From a virus: DNA of 43,380 nucleotides. The DNA lies in the IMG/VR virus record IMGVR_UViG_3300045988_083803, positions 1-43,380 of that record, one strand, 5' to 3'. Positions 1-7,900 of the stretch are shown piece after piece. The notes below the pieces were generated by a model. It was given only the letters and a program-made list of their open reading frames with translations, was not told the DNA's origin and searched no databases. The position numbers and the translations under genes were made by a program. Every line of letters starts with the position of its first letter. Position 1 is the first letter of the stretch.

Positions 1-55
1 AGTTACGAAAATGTGACCCTAGAGAAAGAGAGAAAAAAAGAGAAAAATAAAGACA
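1..55. repeat. Terminal overlap: bases 1-55 are identical to 43326-43380 (circular-assembly closure)
   Basis: AGTTACGAAAATGTGACCCTAGAGAAAGAGAGAAAAAAAGAGAAAAATAAAGACA is read at both window ends. An ORF runs through the junction in frame. Confidence 0.95.
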
Positions 56-561
56 TAAATAAAAGAGAAGAAGTAGAAGAAAAGGCAATCGTTTCTGACG
101 AACCGATTTCACCGACAGAAGTCGGTACAGAAGTCATGCAGGAAGTCGTCAAAGCATGGAATGAGTTAGAAACGCTAGGAATTAAAACAGTATATAAGAT
201 TGTGCCATCAAGCAAACGCTATGGAAATCTTAGAGCTAGATTAAAGCAGTATGGAAAAGAAGCAGTGTTGGCAGCGATTGACAATGTTCGCTCAAGTAGT
301 TTCCTTTGTGGAGATAATAAAACAGGTTGGATGATTACTTTTGATTGGTTCGTTTTGCCAAACAATTTTGTGAAAGTCCTTGAGGGAAATTACGGTACAT
401 GGGTATGCAAAGATACCCCACAAAAGAAAGGTGATGACAGATATGACGGAATCAAGTCTTGGGCAATCAAAAACGGGCTTAACACCGGAGAAGGAAGCGT
501 GGTTGGCGATAACAACAATTCTGAAAACAGCGTATCCGACAAAGGGTTTTTTGGATTCTGA
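1..561 (+). CDS. Replisome organizer, C-terminal continuation across the circular junction
   Basis: Frame 1 is open from base 1 (SYENVTLEKERKK...) and stops at 559-561. WNELETLGIK...SSFLCGDNKTGWMITFDWFVLPNNF resembles the conserved phage replication-protein C-terminus. Confidence 0.75.
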   Translation, partial: SYENVTLEKERKKEKNKDINKREEVEEKAIVSDEPISPTEVGTEVMQEVVKAWNELETLGIKTVYKIVPSSKRYGNLRARLKQYGKEAVLAAIDNVRSSSFLCGDNKTGWMITFDWFVLPNNFVKVLEGNYGTWVCKDTPQKKGDDRYDGIKSWAIKNGLNTGEGSVVGDNNNSENSVSDKGFFGF

Positions 562-1102
562 TGCAGCGGTTGAACTGTGGTATAAGATGCTGCAAGATAT
601 ACCGATGCAGAAGGTGCAGAACGCAGCTGCACGATACATCATGGAGGAACATTTTCCACCTACAATTGCAGATATCCGCAAGCGGTGTGCAGAGGATAAT
701 GCAGCACAACTCCCAGACTGGGAGCAGGGTTGGGCTGAGTGGCTGACAGCGATGCACAAGTATGGATATATGAGAGAGGATGAGGCTATAGCGAGTCTAA
801 GCCCAATCACAAAAGAGGTTGTAAAGTGCCTCGGATGGAAAAATCTCTGCCATAGTCAAAACTTGGAGGGCGATAGAATCGCCTTTAGAGAGGTACATAG
901 CAGATATGTAAAGCAGGCGCGAGAGAATTTGCAGTTACCAGAGCGACTAAAAGTGAACCATTATCAGATACCAACGTATGCTGAGGAACGATTGCAGATT
1001 GAGGCAATCCAGAATGGCATGAGGTATATCGGAACGGATCAGAGAACAGAAGGGTATGCGGAGACTGCTGCAAACCGCATCCGAGAAAGGATTGGTGAGT
1101 GA
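434..1102 (+). CDS. G39P-like replicative helicase loader/inhibitor (start uncertain: 434 or 443)
   Basis: Taken from ORF 380..1102. AWLAITTILKTAYPTKGF...VELWYKMLQDIPMQKV...FPPTIADI fits the SPP1 G39P N-domain pattern. It overlaps the end of the upstream gene in another frame. Confidence 0.55.
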   Translation: MTDMTESSLGQSKTGLTPEKEAWLAITTILKTAYPTKGFLDSDAAVELWYKMLQDIPMQKVQNAAARYIMEEHFPPTIADIRKRCAEDNAAQLPDWEQGWAEWLTAMHKYGYMREDEAIASLSPITKEVVKCLGWKNLCHSQNLEGDRIAFREVHSRYVKQARENLQLPERLKVNHYQIPTYAEERLQIEAIQNGMRYIGTDQRTEGYAETAANRIRERIGE

Positions 1103-1368
1103 TGAAAGACATTAGAGCCAAGGCAGAGGAGTGGAACGCAGGATCAACGAAAAAAGTGCCGTATGAGTTTGTTGAGTTCTGTGAGGGCAAGAGAAGCATT
1201 GATGCAAGCAAGAAGTATTGTACATGGAAACATTACTCTCATATAAGCTTGGAATCTGTGAATACAGCTTGCGGAAACGAAATTGCGTTCATAAACGCTA
1301 GAGGACTAGAAAAATACAAATTCTGCCCGTATTGTGGTAAAAAAATTAAGGTGAATAAGGAGGATTAA
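1099..1368 (+). CDS. Hypothetical Zn-ribbon protein
   Basis: ATGA overlap with the upstream stop. C-terminal CPYCGKK plus earlier Cys pairs. Confidence 0.55.
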   Translation: MMKDIRAKAEEWNAGSTKKVPYEFVEFCEGKRSIDASKKYCTWKHYSHISLESVNTACGNEIAFINARGLEKYKFCPYCGKKIKVNKED

Positions 1369-1503
1369 ATGATTAGCTATTTAGTTGCAGCATATTTAGT
1401 TGTTTGTGGAATTGCAACAGGAGATGCCTTAACTTTGGTTGCAGCAGGTGTATTTGCTGTAGCAGGAGCTATTGCATGTGCAGATTTTAGAGAAAAGAAA
1501 TAA
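1369..1503 (+). CDS. Small hydrophobic membrane protein (44 aa, not in the ORF track)
   Basis: The ATG directly abuts the upstream TAA. It encodes MISYLVAAYLVVCGIATGDALTLVAAGVFAVAGAIACADFREKK, which fills the gap before the next RBS. Confidence 0.45.
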   Translation: MISYLVAAYLVVCGIATGDALTLVAAGVFAVAGAIACADFREKK

Positions 1504-1517
1504 GGAGGAATGGGAAA

Positions 1518-1847
1518 ATGGCTGAACAAATTAAATTTGAGATGGATTCCGATGAGGCATTTGACATTTTGAAGGATATCGGAGAGGCAGAAAACGAGTT
1601 GGGAAAGCAGTGTTGGAAAGATGGATTAAAAGCACAAGCGATTGAGTATTTTAAACATGAGGCTACATGCGAAATTGCGATTAAAGCAATCGAAAAAACA
1701 ATTCCAATGAAACCAACTAGAATTAAAAAGGGGAATTATGTATCAGATATCTATAGATGCGAATGCTGCAAACAGTTAGTTGCAGTTGTTCCAATGGTGA
1801 CAAAATATTGCGATAACTGCGGACAGAGACTTTACTGGGAGGAATAA
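1518..1847 (+). CDS. Hypothetical Zn-ribbon protein
   Basis: AAGGAGG RBS. CECC...CDNCGQ motif. Confidence 0.55.
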   Translation: MAEQIKFEMDSDEAFDILKDIGEAENELGKQCWKDGLKAQAIEYFKHEATCEIAIKAIEKTIPMKPTRIKKGNYVSDIYRCECCKQLVAVVPMVTKYCDNCGQRLYWEE

Positions 1848-1855
1848 AAGCGAGT

Positions 1856-2143
1856 ATGAACATGGACATGGAATTAAAAGTAGTGCAGGGGCTTCGCCCT
1901 TGCTACGTTAAGCATGGACTGCAAAAGAAAGCAGCGATGTTCCATCAGTGGGAAAACGTGAGTTACCCAGTGAGAGAAGAATTATTTATTGGTGGTATGC
2001 CATCTGGTATCGTTTCACATACTCTGGCGATTGTAGAGTACGAGAACGGAGAGGTGTGCAAGGAACAGCCAGAAAACATTATTTTTACGGATAGCAAAGA
2101 ATATGCTTTTCCGAGAGAGGAGGAAGAGAATGAGACTGATTGA
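1856..2143 (+). CDS. Hypothetical protein
   Basis: ORF track entry, same-strand packing, no recognisable motif. Confidence 0.45.
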   Translation: MNMDMELKVVQGLRPCYVKHGLQKKAAMFHQWENVSYPVREELFIGGMPSGIVSHTLAIVEYENGEVCKEQPENIIFTDSKEYAFPREEEENETD

Positions 2144-2324
2144 TGCGGATGCAATTAAAGAAGTGATTGATGATGTGTGCAGAGAAGGTATAGACGGAGT
2201 AGATAATGAGCTAGATAACGATGATCCAGTAACAGCAATGTATGTGGCAAGAATCCTTCACTTGGTTAATAATAAGCTTAAGAAAAAAATTGATGAAGCA
2301 CCTACAGTAGCGGAACAAAATTGA
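2130..2324 (+). CDS. Hypothetical protein (MRLIDADAIKE... type). The frame stays open past an in-frame TGA to 2432.
   Basis: GAGGAGGAAGAGA precedes ATG 2130. The stop is TGA 2322-2324, and the next 35 codons in the same frame include the motif ERLPE. Confidence 0.5.
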   Translation: MRLIDADAIKEVIDDVCREGIDGVDNELDNDDPVTAMYVARILHLVNNKLKKKIDEAPTVAEQN

Positions 2325-2428
2325 GTGTATTGTGAAGAGAGATTGCCAGAAATGGAAGTAACTCGTGACGCTTCATTTTTCAAGAAGTATCGCTCAGAAC
2401 CGAATTTTGATTTAGAGGCTAAGAAAAA

Positions 2429-2737
2429 ATGAAAAGTATAATGCAGACAAAAAAAGAGTGCTATGTCTGCCGCAGACTGGTAGGGAAAGAAATGTCCCTA
2501 CCAGATACAGGGCTAGAAATGCACCATATCTTTGGAGGAACGGCAAATAGAAAGTTGTCTGAGAAGTACGGCTTAAAGGTTTGGCTGTGCCATAACCACC
2601 ACAACGAACCGCCTTGCGGTGTACATTTTTGCAAAGAGGCAGCGGAAAAGCTGCACGAGGAAGGCCAAAAGGCATTTGAAAGAAAATATCCCAATGATGA
2701 TTTTAAAACGATTTTTGGGAAGAATTACAGGAGGTAA
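2429..2737 (+). CDS. HNH-like zinc-binding nuclease-family protein
   Basis: CYVC...LEMHHIFGGTANRKLSEKYGLKVWLCHNHHNEPPCGVH shows an H-N-H style His/Asn/Cys arrangement. Confidence 0.4.
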   Translation: MKSIMQTKKECYVCRRLVGKEMSLPDTGLEMHHIFGGTANRKLSEKYGLKVWLCHNHHNEPPCGVHFCKEAAEKLHEEGQKAFERKYPNDDFKTIFGKNYRR

Positions 2738-2740
2738 GAA

Positions 2741-3679
2741 ATGGCAGAAAGTGAGTGGAATCCAAAAATTGGAGATAAAGTATACTGTGTATGTGAGTAC
2801 TACACAAGTGATTACACGATGAGATATAAGGGACTGGAAGGTTTTAGAAATTACGGACTTGAGGTAGTGGAGTCTGTGATAAAATCTCCGTACAAGTGGA
2901 AAAGTGGTGGGCTAGGCTGCGTATCCGTGTGCTTACACAGAGAGGTGGGCGACAATGCCAATAATTTATTTTACTGGAAAAAGAGCGACCTAGGCACAAG
3001 ATTATTTTCTACACGAGAGGAAGCTGCGGCTGTAGCAGATGTCAGAGCACACAACATGGACTTGGGAATGTGGGGGAAGAAGTACGAGAACCGTCCCATG
3101 TACAAGAACTGGTTGCACTGGGAGAATGCGCAGAAGAAGCAGGAAACACAGAAGATCACGCAGAAGCAAGTACAGAAGCCCAAGAGAAACCGAGTGTACA
3201 AAAGAAAGAATGAGCTGCCAGAAGAGTTATATACACGTTGGAGAGACGGAAAGATAACTGCGGTTGATGCTGCTAAGGAAATTGGAGTAAGCTGTACAAC
3301 TTTTGAGAAGTACGCACAGGAAATCTTGAAGGCGAGAGGGGAAACCCACACCTATGCAAGCAAAAAGAAAGGATTGCCAGAGAGCTTTGAGGAAACTTAC
3401 GAAGAGTGGAAAGCAGGAAAGATTAACGCAGCGGAAGCAGGGAAGAAATGCAAGATGAACCATGCAAGATTTAGACGTGAAGCAATAAAACGGCTAGAGG
3501 AGAGTGGAGAAACCAAGCAGAGAAAAGATGGGTACGGCACGCACTTCCCAGACAATTTCCGCGAGGTATGCGACCTGGTACTTGCAGGAAAGATAACAGC
3601 AGCAATGGGAGCAGAAAGATGCGGCACACCATACACGACATTTTACAGTTGGATTCAGCGCGAAAAGGCTGAGAGATAA
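2741..3679 (+). CDS. DNA-binding protein with three tandem resolvase-type HTH repeats in its C-terminal half
   Basis: Three repeat units are readable: WRDGKITAVDAAKEIGVSCTTFEKYAQE, WKAGKINAAEAGKKCKMNHARFRREAIK and LVLAGKITAAMGAERCGTPYTTFYSWIQRE. Confidence 0.55.
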   Translation: MAESEWNPKIGDKVYCVCEYYTSDYTMRYKGLEGFRNYGLEVVESVIKSPYKWKSGGLGCVSVCLHREVGDNANNLFYWKKSDLGTRLFSTREEAAAVADVRAHNMDLGMWGKKYENRPMYKNWLHWENAQKKQETQKITQKQVQKPKRNRVYKRKNELPEELYTRWRDGKITAVDAAKEIGVSCTTFEKYAQEILKARGETHTYASKKKGLPESFEETYEEWKAGKINAAEAGKKCKMNHARFRREAIKRLEESGETKQRKDGYGTHFPDNFREVCDLVLAGKITAAMGAERCGTPYTTFYSWIQREKAER

Positions 3680-3689
3680 GGAGGGCAAC

Positions 3690-3776
3690 ATGGCATTGTT
3701 TATTGGTGGATTTTTAGCAGGTATCATTGTAACTATCGTTTTTGCATTGTGTGCAGCAGGTGGTGATGATGATTGA
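3690..3776 (+). CDS. Tiny membrane peptide (28 aa, not in the ORF track)
   Basis: TAAGGAGGG RBS 5 nt before the ATG. Encodes MALFIGGFLAGIIVTIVFALCAAGGDDD. Confidence 0.35.
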   Translation: MALFIGGFLAGIIVTIVFALCAAGGDDD

Positions 3777-4072
3777 ACACATCACGCTATAAGAACTGGT
3801 GGTACAACATAGTACTGGGAATGATCAACCACTATGCAAGGGCTACACCTGCTACACGGCAGGGGAAGCTGATAGAAAAAGCAATGGAGCAGGCTGTAAA
3901 AGAAACTGCAAAGTACGGAAATTACAGAGATAGGCTACAAGCTATAGAGCTGCTATTCTTCGAGGGCTACAGCGTGCCTAAGGTATCAATGATATTAAGC
4001 TTCTCGGAGCGCACAATTCAGCGGTGGAAAATAGATTTTGTAAACTCCGTTGGAAAAAATGCAGGATTCTAA
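3773..4072 (+). CDS. Sigma-70 region-4 / ArpU-RinA-like late transcription regulator (TTG start, or ATG 3821)
   Basis: AIELLFFEGYSVPKVSMILSFSERTIQRWKIDF is a region-4-type HTH. It sits immediately upstream of terS, the canonical position for late activators. Confidence 0.55.
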   Translation: MNTSRYKNWWYNIVLGMINHYARATPATRQGKLIEKAMEQAVKETAKYGNYRDRLQAIELLFFEGYSVPKVSMILSFSERTIQRWKIDFVNSVGKNAGF

Positions 4073-4109
4073 AAGTTGGCACAACATCAATCAAAATTAG
4101 TTCTACAAT
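4072..4109 (+). promoter_or_regulatory. Late-promoter candidate 1: 25-bp box AAAGTTGGCACAACATCAATCAAAA plus TACAAT 7 nt downstream
   Basis: The box 4072-4096 is identical to 9242-9266. A TAnnnT hexamer follows at the same spacing in both copies. Confidence 0.5.
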
Positions 4110-4232
4110 ATGGGAGTACGGAGAAAGCTGTTGACGACTCTATACACCTCCTATAAGCCACAGGCGGTAAAAGTGGCTGAGTTGATACACTCCCCCAGTG
4201 CAATTCTGGTTCGCCACACCCTCAGGGTGCAT

Positions 4233-4258
4233 AGCCGTCTGGAAAGGCGGCTTTTCTT
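4233..4258 (+). terminator. Terminator-like hairpin inside the terS leader
   Basis: AGCCGTC-TGGAAA-GGCGGCT (7 bp including one G-U pair) is followed by TTTCTT, 26 nt before the terS start. Confidence 0.4.
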
Positions 4259-4283
4259 GATATACGGAAAGCAGGTGAATAAA

Positions 4284-5213
4284 TTGGCAAGAGCACCAGA
4301 TGCAAGGATTGATCAGGCAAAGGAATTGTATTTGCAGGGTAAGAAATTAACCGAGATTGCAAGTCAGTTGGGCTTGCCAGAAGGGACAGTTAGACGGTGG
4401 AAAAGCACTTATAAGTGGGATAAGGGAGACACCGAGCGTTCGGAAAAGAAAAGCGAACGTTCGCTAAAAAATAACGAGCGTTCGAATAAAAAGAAAACCC
4501 TAAAGGAAAGAGCTATAGAGTCCGAAGTTAAGCAGGTAATGGAGAACACAGAATTAAACGATAAACAGCGACTTTTCTGCATCTACTACATTAGGAGCTT
4601 TAACGCAACGAAAGCGTATCAAAAAGCGTATCAGTGCAGCTATAACACAGCAATGGTGGAAGGATTCAACGCCCTAAGAAACCCTAAGATTCAAAATGAG
4701 ATTCAAAAGCTAAAACAGAATCGCTTAAATCGGGAATTACTGGACGAATCCGACATCTTTCAGAAATATATGGATATTGCATTTTCTGATATTACCGATT
4801 ATCTAACCTTTGGAACGGAGGAAGTTCCAGTAATAGGGGCATCTGGACTGGTAGAAATAAAAGACCCCGACACAGGAGAGAAAAAACCACTTACCAAGAT
4901 TGTTAATGTCGTTCGTTTTAAGCCCTCTGCCGAGATAGACGGAACTATTCTTGCAGAAGTTAAGCAGGGAAAAGATGGGGCAAGTATCAAGCTAGCTGAC
5001 CGTATGAAAGCACTTGATTGGCTGGCAGCGCATATGGACTTAGCTACAGCCGAGCAAAAGGCAAAGATAGCACAGATCAACGCACAAACCGAACGGCTAA
5101 AGCAGGATAACGAGCAGGAGGAGCTTGCTGATGACGGATTCCTGCAAGCACTTGAAGGTAATGCTGCTGCGGATTGGGAGGGCTGGACAGATGAGCCTGA
5201 TAAAGAAAGTTAA
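4284..5213 (+). CDS. terS: Terminase small subunit (N-terminal HTH plus Terminase_2-like core)
   Basis: TTG 4284 lies 6 nt after AGGTG. (M)ARAPDARIDQAKELYLQGKKLTEIASQLGLPEGTVRRWKSTYKWD and NATKAYQKAYQCSYNTAMVEGFNALRNPKIQNEI fit the family. The upstream 58 codons of ORF 4110 look non-coding. Confidence 0.8.
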   Translation: MARAPDARIDQAKELYLQGKKLTEIASQLGLPEGTVRRWKSTYKWDKGDTERSEKKSERSLKNNERSNKKKTLKERAIESEVKQVMENTELNDKQRLFCIYYIRSFNATKAYQKAYQCSYNTAMVEGFNALRNPKIQNEIQKLKQNRLNRELLDESDIFQKYMDIAFSDITDYLTFGTEEVPVIGASGLVEIKDPDTGEKKPLTKIVNVVRFKPSAEIDGTILAEVKQGKDGASIKLADRMKALDWLAAHMDLATAEQKAKIAQINAQTERLKQDNEQEELADDGFLQALEGNAAADWEGWTDEPDKES

Positions 5214-6501
5214 ACAGTTTTTTCATTTTAAACCATTCTCTCCAAAGCAACGCAAGGTGCTTAATTGGTGGTGTGATACATCCCCAGTAAAAGATATGGA
5301 GGGCATCATTGCAGATGGTGCTATTCGATCAGGAAAAACGCTGAGTATGTCACTAGCTTTCGTATTTTGGGCTATGACTAACTTCGAAAGTCAGAATTTT
5401 GCAATGTGCGGCAAAACAATTGGATCATTTCGCCGCAACGTTCTTTTCTGGCTAAAGCTGATGCTAAGAGCCAGAGGCTATAAAGTAGAAGATCATCGAG
5501 CTGACAATCTGATTGTCATATCGAGAGGAGAAACGGAGAACTACTTTTATGTCTTTGGTGGCAAGGATGAGCGATCACAAGACTTAATACAGGGTATAAC
5601 GCTTGCAGGTGTATTTTTTGACGAAGTGGCTCTTATGCCTGAGAGCTTCGTTAACCAGGCGACAGGACGTTGTTCTGTTGATGGTTCAAAATTCTGGTTT
5701 AACTGCAATCCTGATTCACCTTCGCATTGGTTCAAAGTAAATTGGATAGATAAGCGCAAGGAAAAGAAACTGATTTACCTGCACTTTACCATGGACGATA
5801 ACCTCTCACTCTCGGAAGAGATCAAAGAACGATATCGCAGCATGTACGTGGGAGTGTTCTATAAGCGTTATATTCTCGGACTCTGGTGCATAGCTGAGGG
5901 ACTTGTATATGATATGTTTTCGAAAGAAGAGAACGTGTTGAAAGAAGAACCTGACACAATCGGAGATTATTACGTTTCTTCTGACTTTGGTATTCAAAAC
6001 GCAACGACTTTTTTACTTTGGCGCAGAATTGCAGGAACAGACGACTGGCTATGCCTGAAAGAATACTACTACAGTGGGCGAGAGAATAGCCAACAAAAGA
6101 CAGTGGGACAGCTTGTAGACGGACTTGCGGAAATGCTAAATGGAATCAAGCCAAAGCAGGTAATCATTGACCCCTCTGCTGCTGCGTTGAAAGTAGAGGT
6201 AAGAAACCGAGGGCTGCATGTAAAGGATGCGGATAACGATGTAACAAATGGAATTTCAGACGTTTCAACCATGCTGCAAACTAGGCGATTAAAGTTTATG
6301 GCTTGCTGCAAATACACCATAAAAGAGTTTGGGGCTTACGTGTGGAATCAGAAAGCCCTAGACCGAGGCGAGGAGAAAGTGGACAAGGAAAGCGATCATT
6401 GCATGGATGCAGTACGATATTTTGTAAGAACCAAGAGATTGATAAAAAAGACAAGAGCCGCACTTGATGCAGCAGTAGCAAGCGGCAATTACATGCTGTA
6501 A
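5191..6501 (+). CDS. terL: Terminase large subunit (PBSX-type)
   Basis: GGGAGGG RBS. Walker A reads DGAIRSGKT and Walker B-like reads GVFFDEV. The C-terminal nuclease region contains ESDHCMDAVRY. Confidence 0.9.
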   Translation: MSLIKKVKQFFHFKPFSPKQRKVLNWWCDTSPVKDMEGIIADGAIRSGKTLSMSLAFVFWAMTNFESQNFAMCGKTIGSFRRNVLFWLKLMLRARGYKVEDHRADNLIVISRGETENYFYVFGGKDERSQDLIQGITLAGVFFDEVALMPESFVNQATGRCSVDGSKFWFNCNPDSPSHWFKVNWIDKRKEKKLIYLHFTMDDNLSLSEEIKERYRSMYVGVFYKRYILGLWCIAEGLVYDMFSKEENVLKEEPDTIGDYYVSSDFGIQNATTFLLWRRIAGTDDWLCLKEYYYSGRENSQQKTVGQLVDGLAEMLNGIKPKQVIIDPSAAALKVEVRNRGLHVKDADNDVTNGISDVSTMLQTRRLKFMACCKYTIKEFGAYVWNQKALDRGEEKVDKESDHCMDAVRYFVRTKRLIKKTRAALDAAVASGNYML

Positions 6502-6511
6502 GGAGTATAGA

Positions 6512-7900
6512 TTGAAAACATATCAAGATTTAGTAAACGTCCCAGACAAGGGCAAGGGTGATTTCTGTGCAGAAGCTGTGGCAGAGTTCAGAGGAACAAA
6601 GGAGTACGCAGAAGCCAAAGACGGTGAGCGGTACTACAACAAGCACAACGCTACAATAGAGCAGTTCCAGAAGTTTTTATACACTGTGAGCGGAAAGCGG
6701 GTAAAAGATATTTTCTCAGCAAATTACAAGCTTAAAACGCTCTTTTTCCGCAGACTGTGCCAACAACAAGTACAGTATGTATTAGGAAACGGCTTGAAGT
6801 TGGAGAAGCCAGAGAACAAAGAAAAGCTTGGGAAAGATTTTGATTTTAAGTTACAGCTTGCAGCAAAAAGAGCTATGGCAGGAGGCAGAGCTTTCGGCTT
6901 TTGGAACTTAGATCATCTGGAGGTGTTTGGGTACGCTGATACACCATCACAGCCGGGTTTTTGCCCTCTGTATGATGAGGAAACATCACAGCTAATGGCA
7001 GGTATTAGGTATTGGTATCGCCAAATTGGGTTAGATGTTATCTTCCATTGCACGTTATACGAACCAGACGGCTATACCGATTACATTCAGACCAACAACG
7101 ACCCAGTGAGGACGAAGGATGGAAAACATGGCTATATCAAGACAATCAAACGCACGGCTGTAGGAGTAGATGAAGAAATTGAGAGCAACTATTCAGAGTT
7201 GCCGATCATCCCATTATATGCCAATGACTCACATGAGAGCGAATTGGTAGGCATCAAAGAGAGCATAGATTGCTACGATTATATCAAGAGTGGACTTGCA
7301 AATGATATTGATGATACCGCAGGATTCTATTGGATACTGAAAAATGAGGGAGGTATGGACGATCCAGACCTTGCAAAATTCATTCAGCGTATGAAGTCCG
7401 TAAGAGCAGCTGCAGTTGAGGATGGCACAGAAGCAGAAGCTCATACACTAGAGATTCCCACGGACGCAAGAAACACCATGTTGGAAATTCTCAGACGTGA
7501 TATATACGAGGACTTCCAAGCTCTGGACGTTTCCACTCTCTCGGCAGCTGCAAAGACTACGCAGGAGATTCAGGCGGCTTATCAGTCGCAAGATAATAAG
7601 TGTGCGGATTTTGAGTATTATGTTTTGGATTTCGTGCAAAAGGTTCTTGAACTCGCAGGAATCAGCGACAATCCTACTCTTGCTTGGAACAGAGTTGTAA
7701 ACCAAAGTGAGCAGACAAACATGGTGCTATCAGCTGCAAACTATCTTTCTGACGAGTGCGTTATACAACATCTTCCGTTCCTTACTCCTGAGGAAGCTAT
7801 TGCAGAAATCGAAAAGCGGCAGGCAGAAGAAATTAAGAGATTTTCAGCAGACGATGAAGAGGACGAGGATAACGAAGATGAAGGGACTGATACTGAGTGA
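6512..7900 (+). CDS. Portal protein (SPP1 gp6-like)
   Basis: TTG lies 6 nt after AAGGAG. The gene encodes 462 aa directly after terL and has an acidic C-terminal tail (DDEEDEDNEDEGTDTE). Confidence 0.85.
   Translation: MKTYQDLVNVPDKGKGDFCAEAVAEFRGTKEYAEAKDGERYYNKHNATIEQFQKFLYTVSGKRVKDIFSANYKLKTLFFRRLCQQQVQYVLGNGLKLEKPENKEKLGKDFDFKLQLAAKRAMAGGRAFGFWNLDHLEVFGYADTPSQPGFCPLYDEETSQLMAGIRYWYRQIGLDVIFHCTLYEPDGYTDYIQTNNDPVRTKDGKHGYIKTIKRTAVGVDEEIESNYSELPIIPLYANDSHESELVGIKESIDCYDYIKSGLANDIDDTAGFYWILKNEGGMDDPDLAKFIQRMKSVRAAAVEDGTEAEAHTLEIPTDARNTMLEILRRDIYEDFQALDVSTLSAAAKTTQEIQAAYQSQDNKCADFEYYVLDFVQKVLELAGISDNPTLAWNRVVNQSEQTNMVLSAANYLSDECVIQHLPFLTPEEAIAEIEKRQAEEIKRFSADDEEDEDNEDEGTDTE

Noticed and set aside
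1-55. The 55-bp terminal repeat as a biological direct terminal repeat or cos end.
   Set aside because: It falls in the middle of a continuous ORF, and its length is typical of an assembler k-mer overlap. I treat it as circular closure.
380-433. The ORF-track start at 380 for the G39P-like gene.
   Set aside because: This region lies deep inside the replisome-organizer ORF in another frame. The family-like sequence begins near residue 35. ATG 434 or 443, downstream of AAAGGTG, is more plausible, although the exact start remains uncertain.
4076-4092. TTGGCAC inside the 25-bp box looks like the -24 element of a sigma-54 promoter (TGGCAC-N5-TTGC).
   Set aside because: The position 5 nt downstream reads CAAT, not TTGC(A/T), in both copies. 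No enhancer-binding protein gene is present either. An activator- or phage-sigma-dependent box is more plausible.
4110-4283. ATG 4110 as the terS start (the 367-aa version in the ORF track).
   Set aside because: The extra 58 codons (MGVRRKLLTTLYTSYKPQAV...) have no RBS and coincide with several stable hairpins and a terminator-like structure. The canonical TerS N-terminus (ARAPDARIDQAKELY... HTH) begins at TTG 4284, which has an AGGTG RBS.
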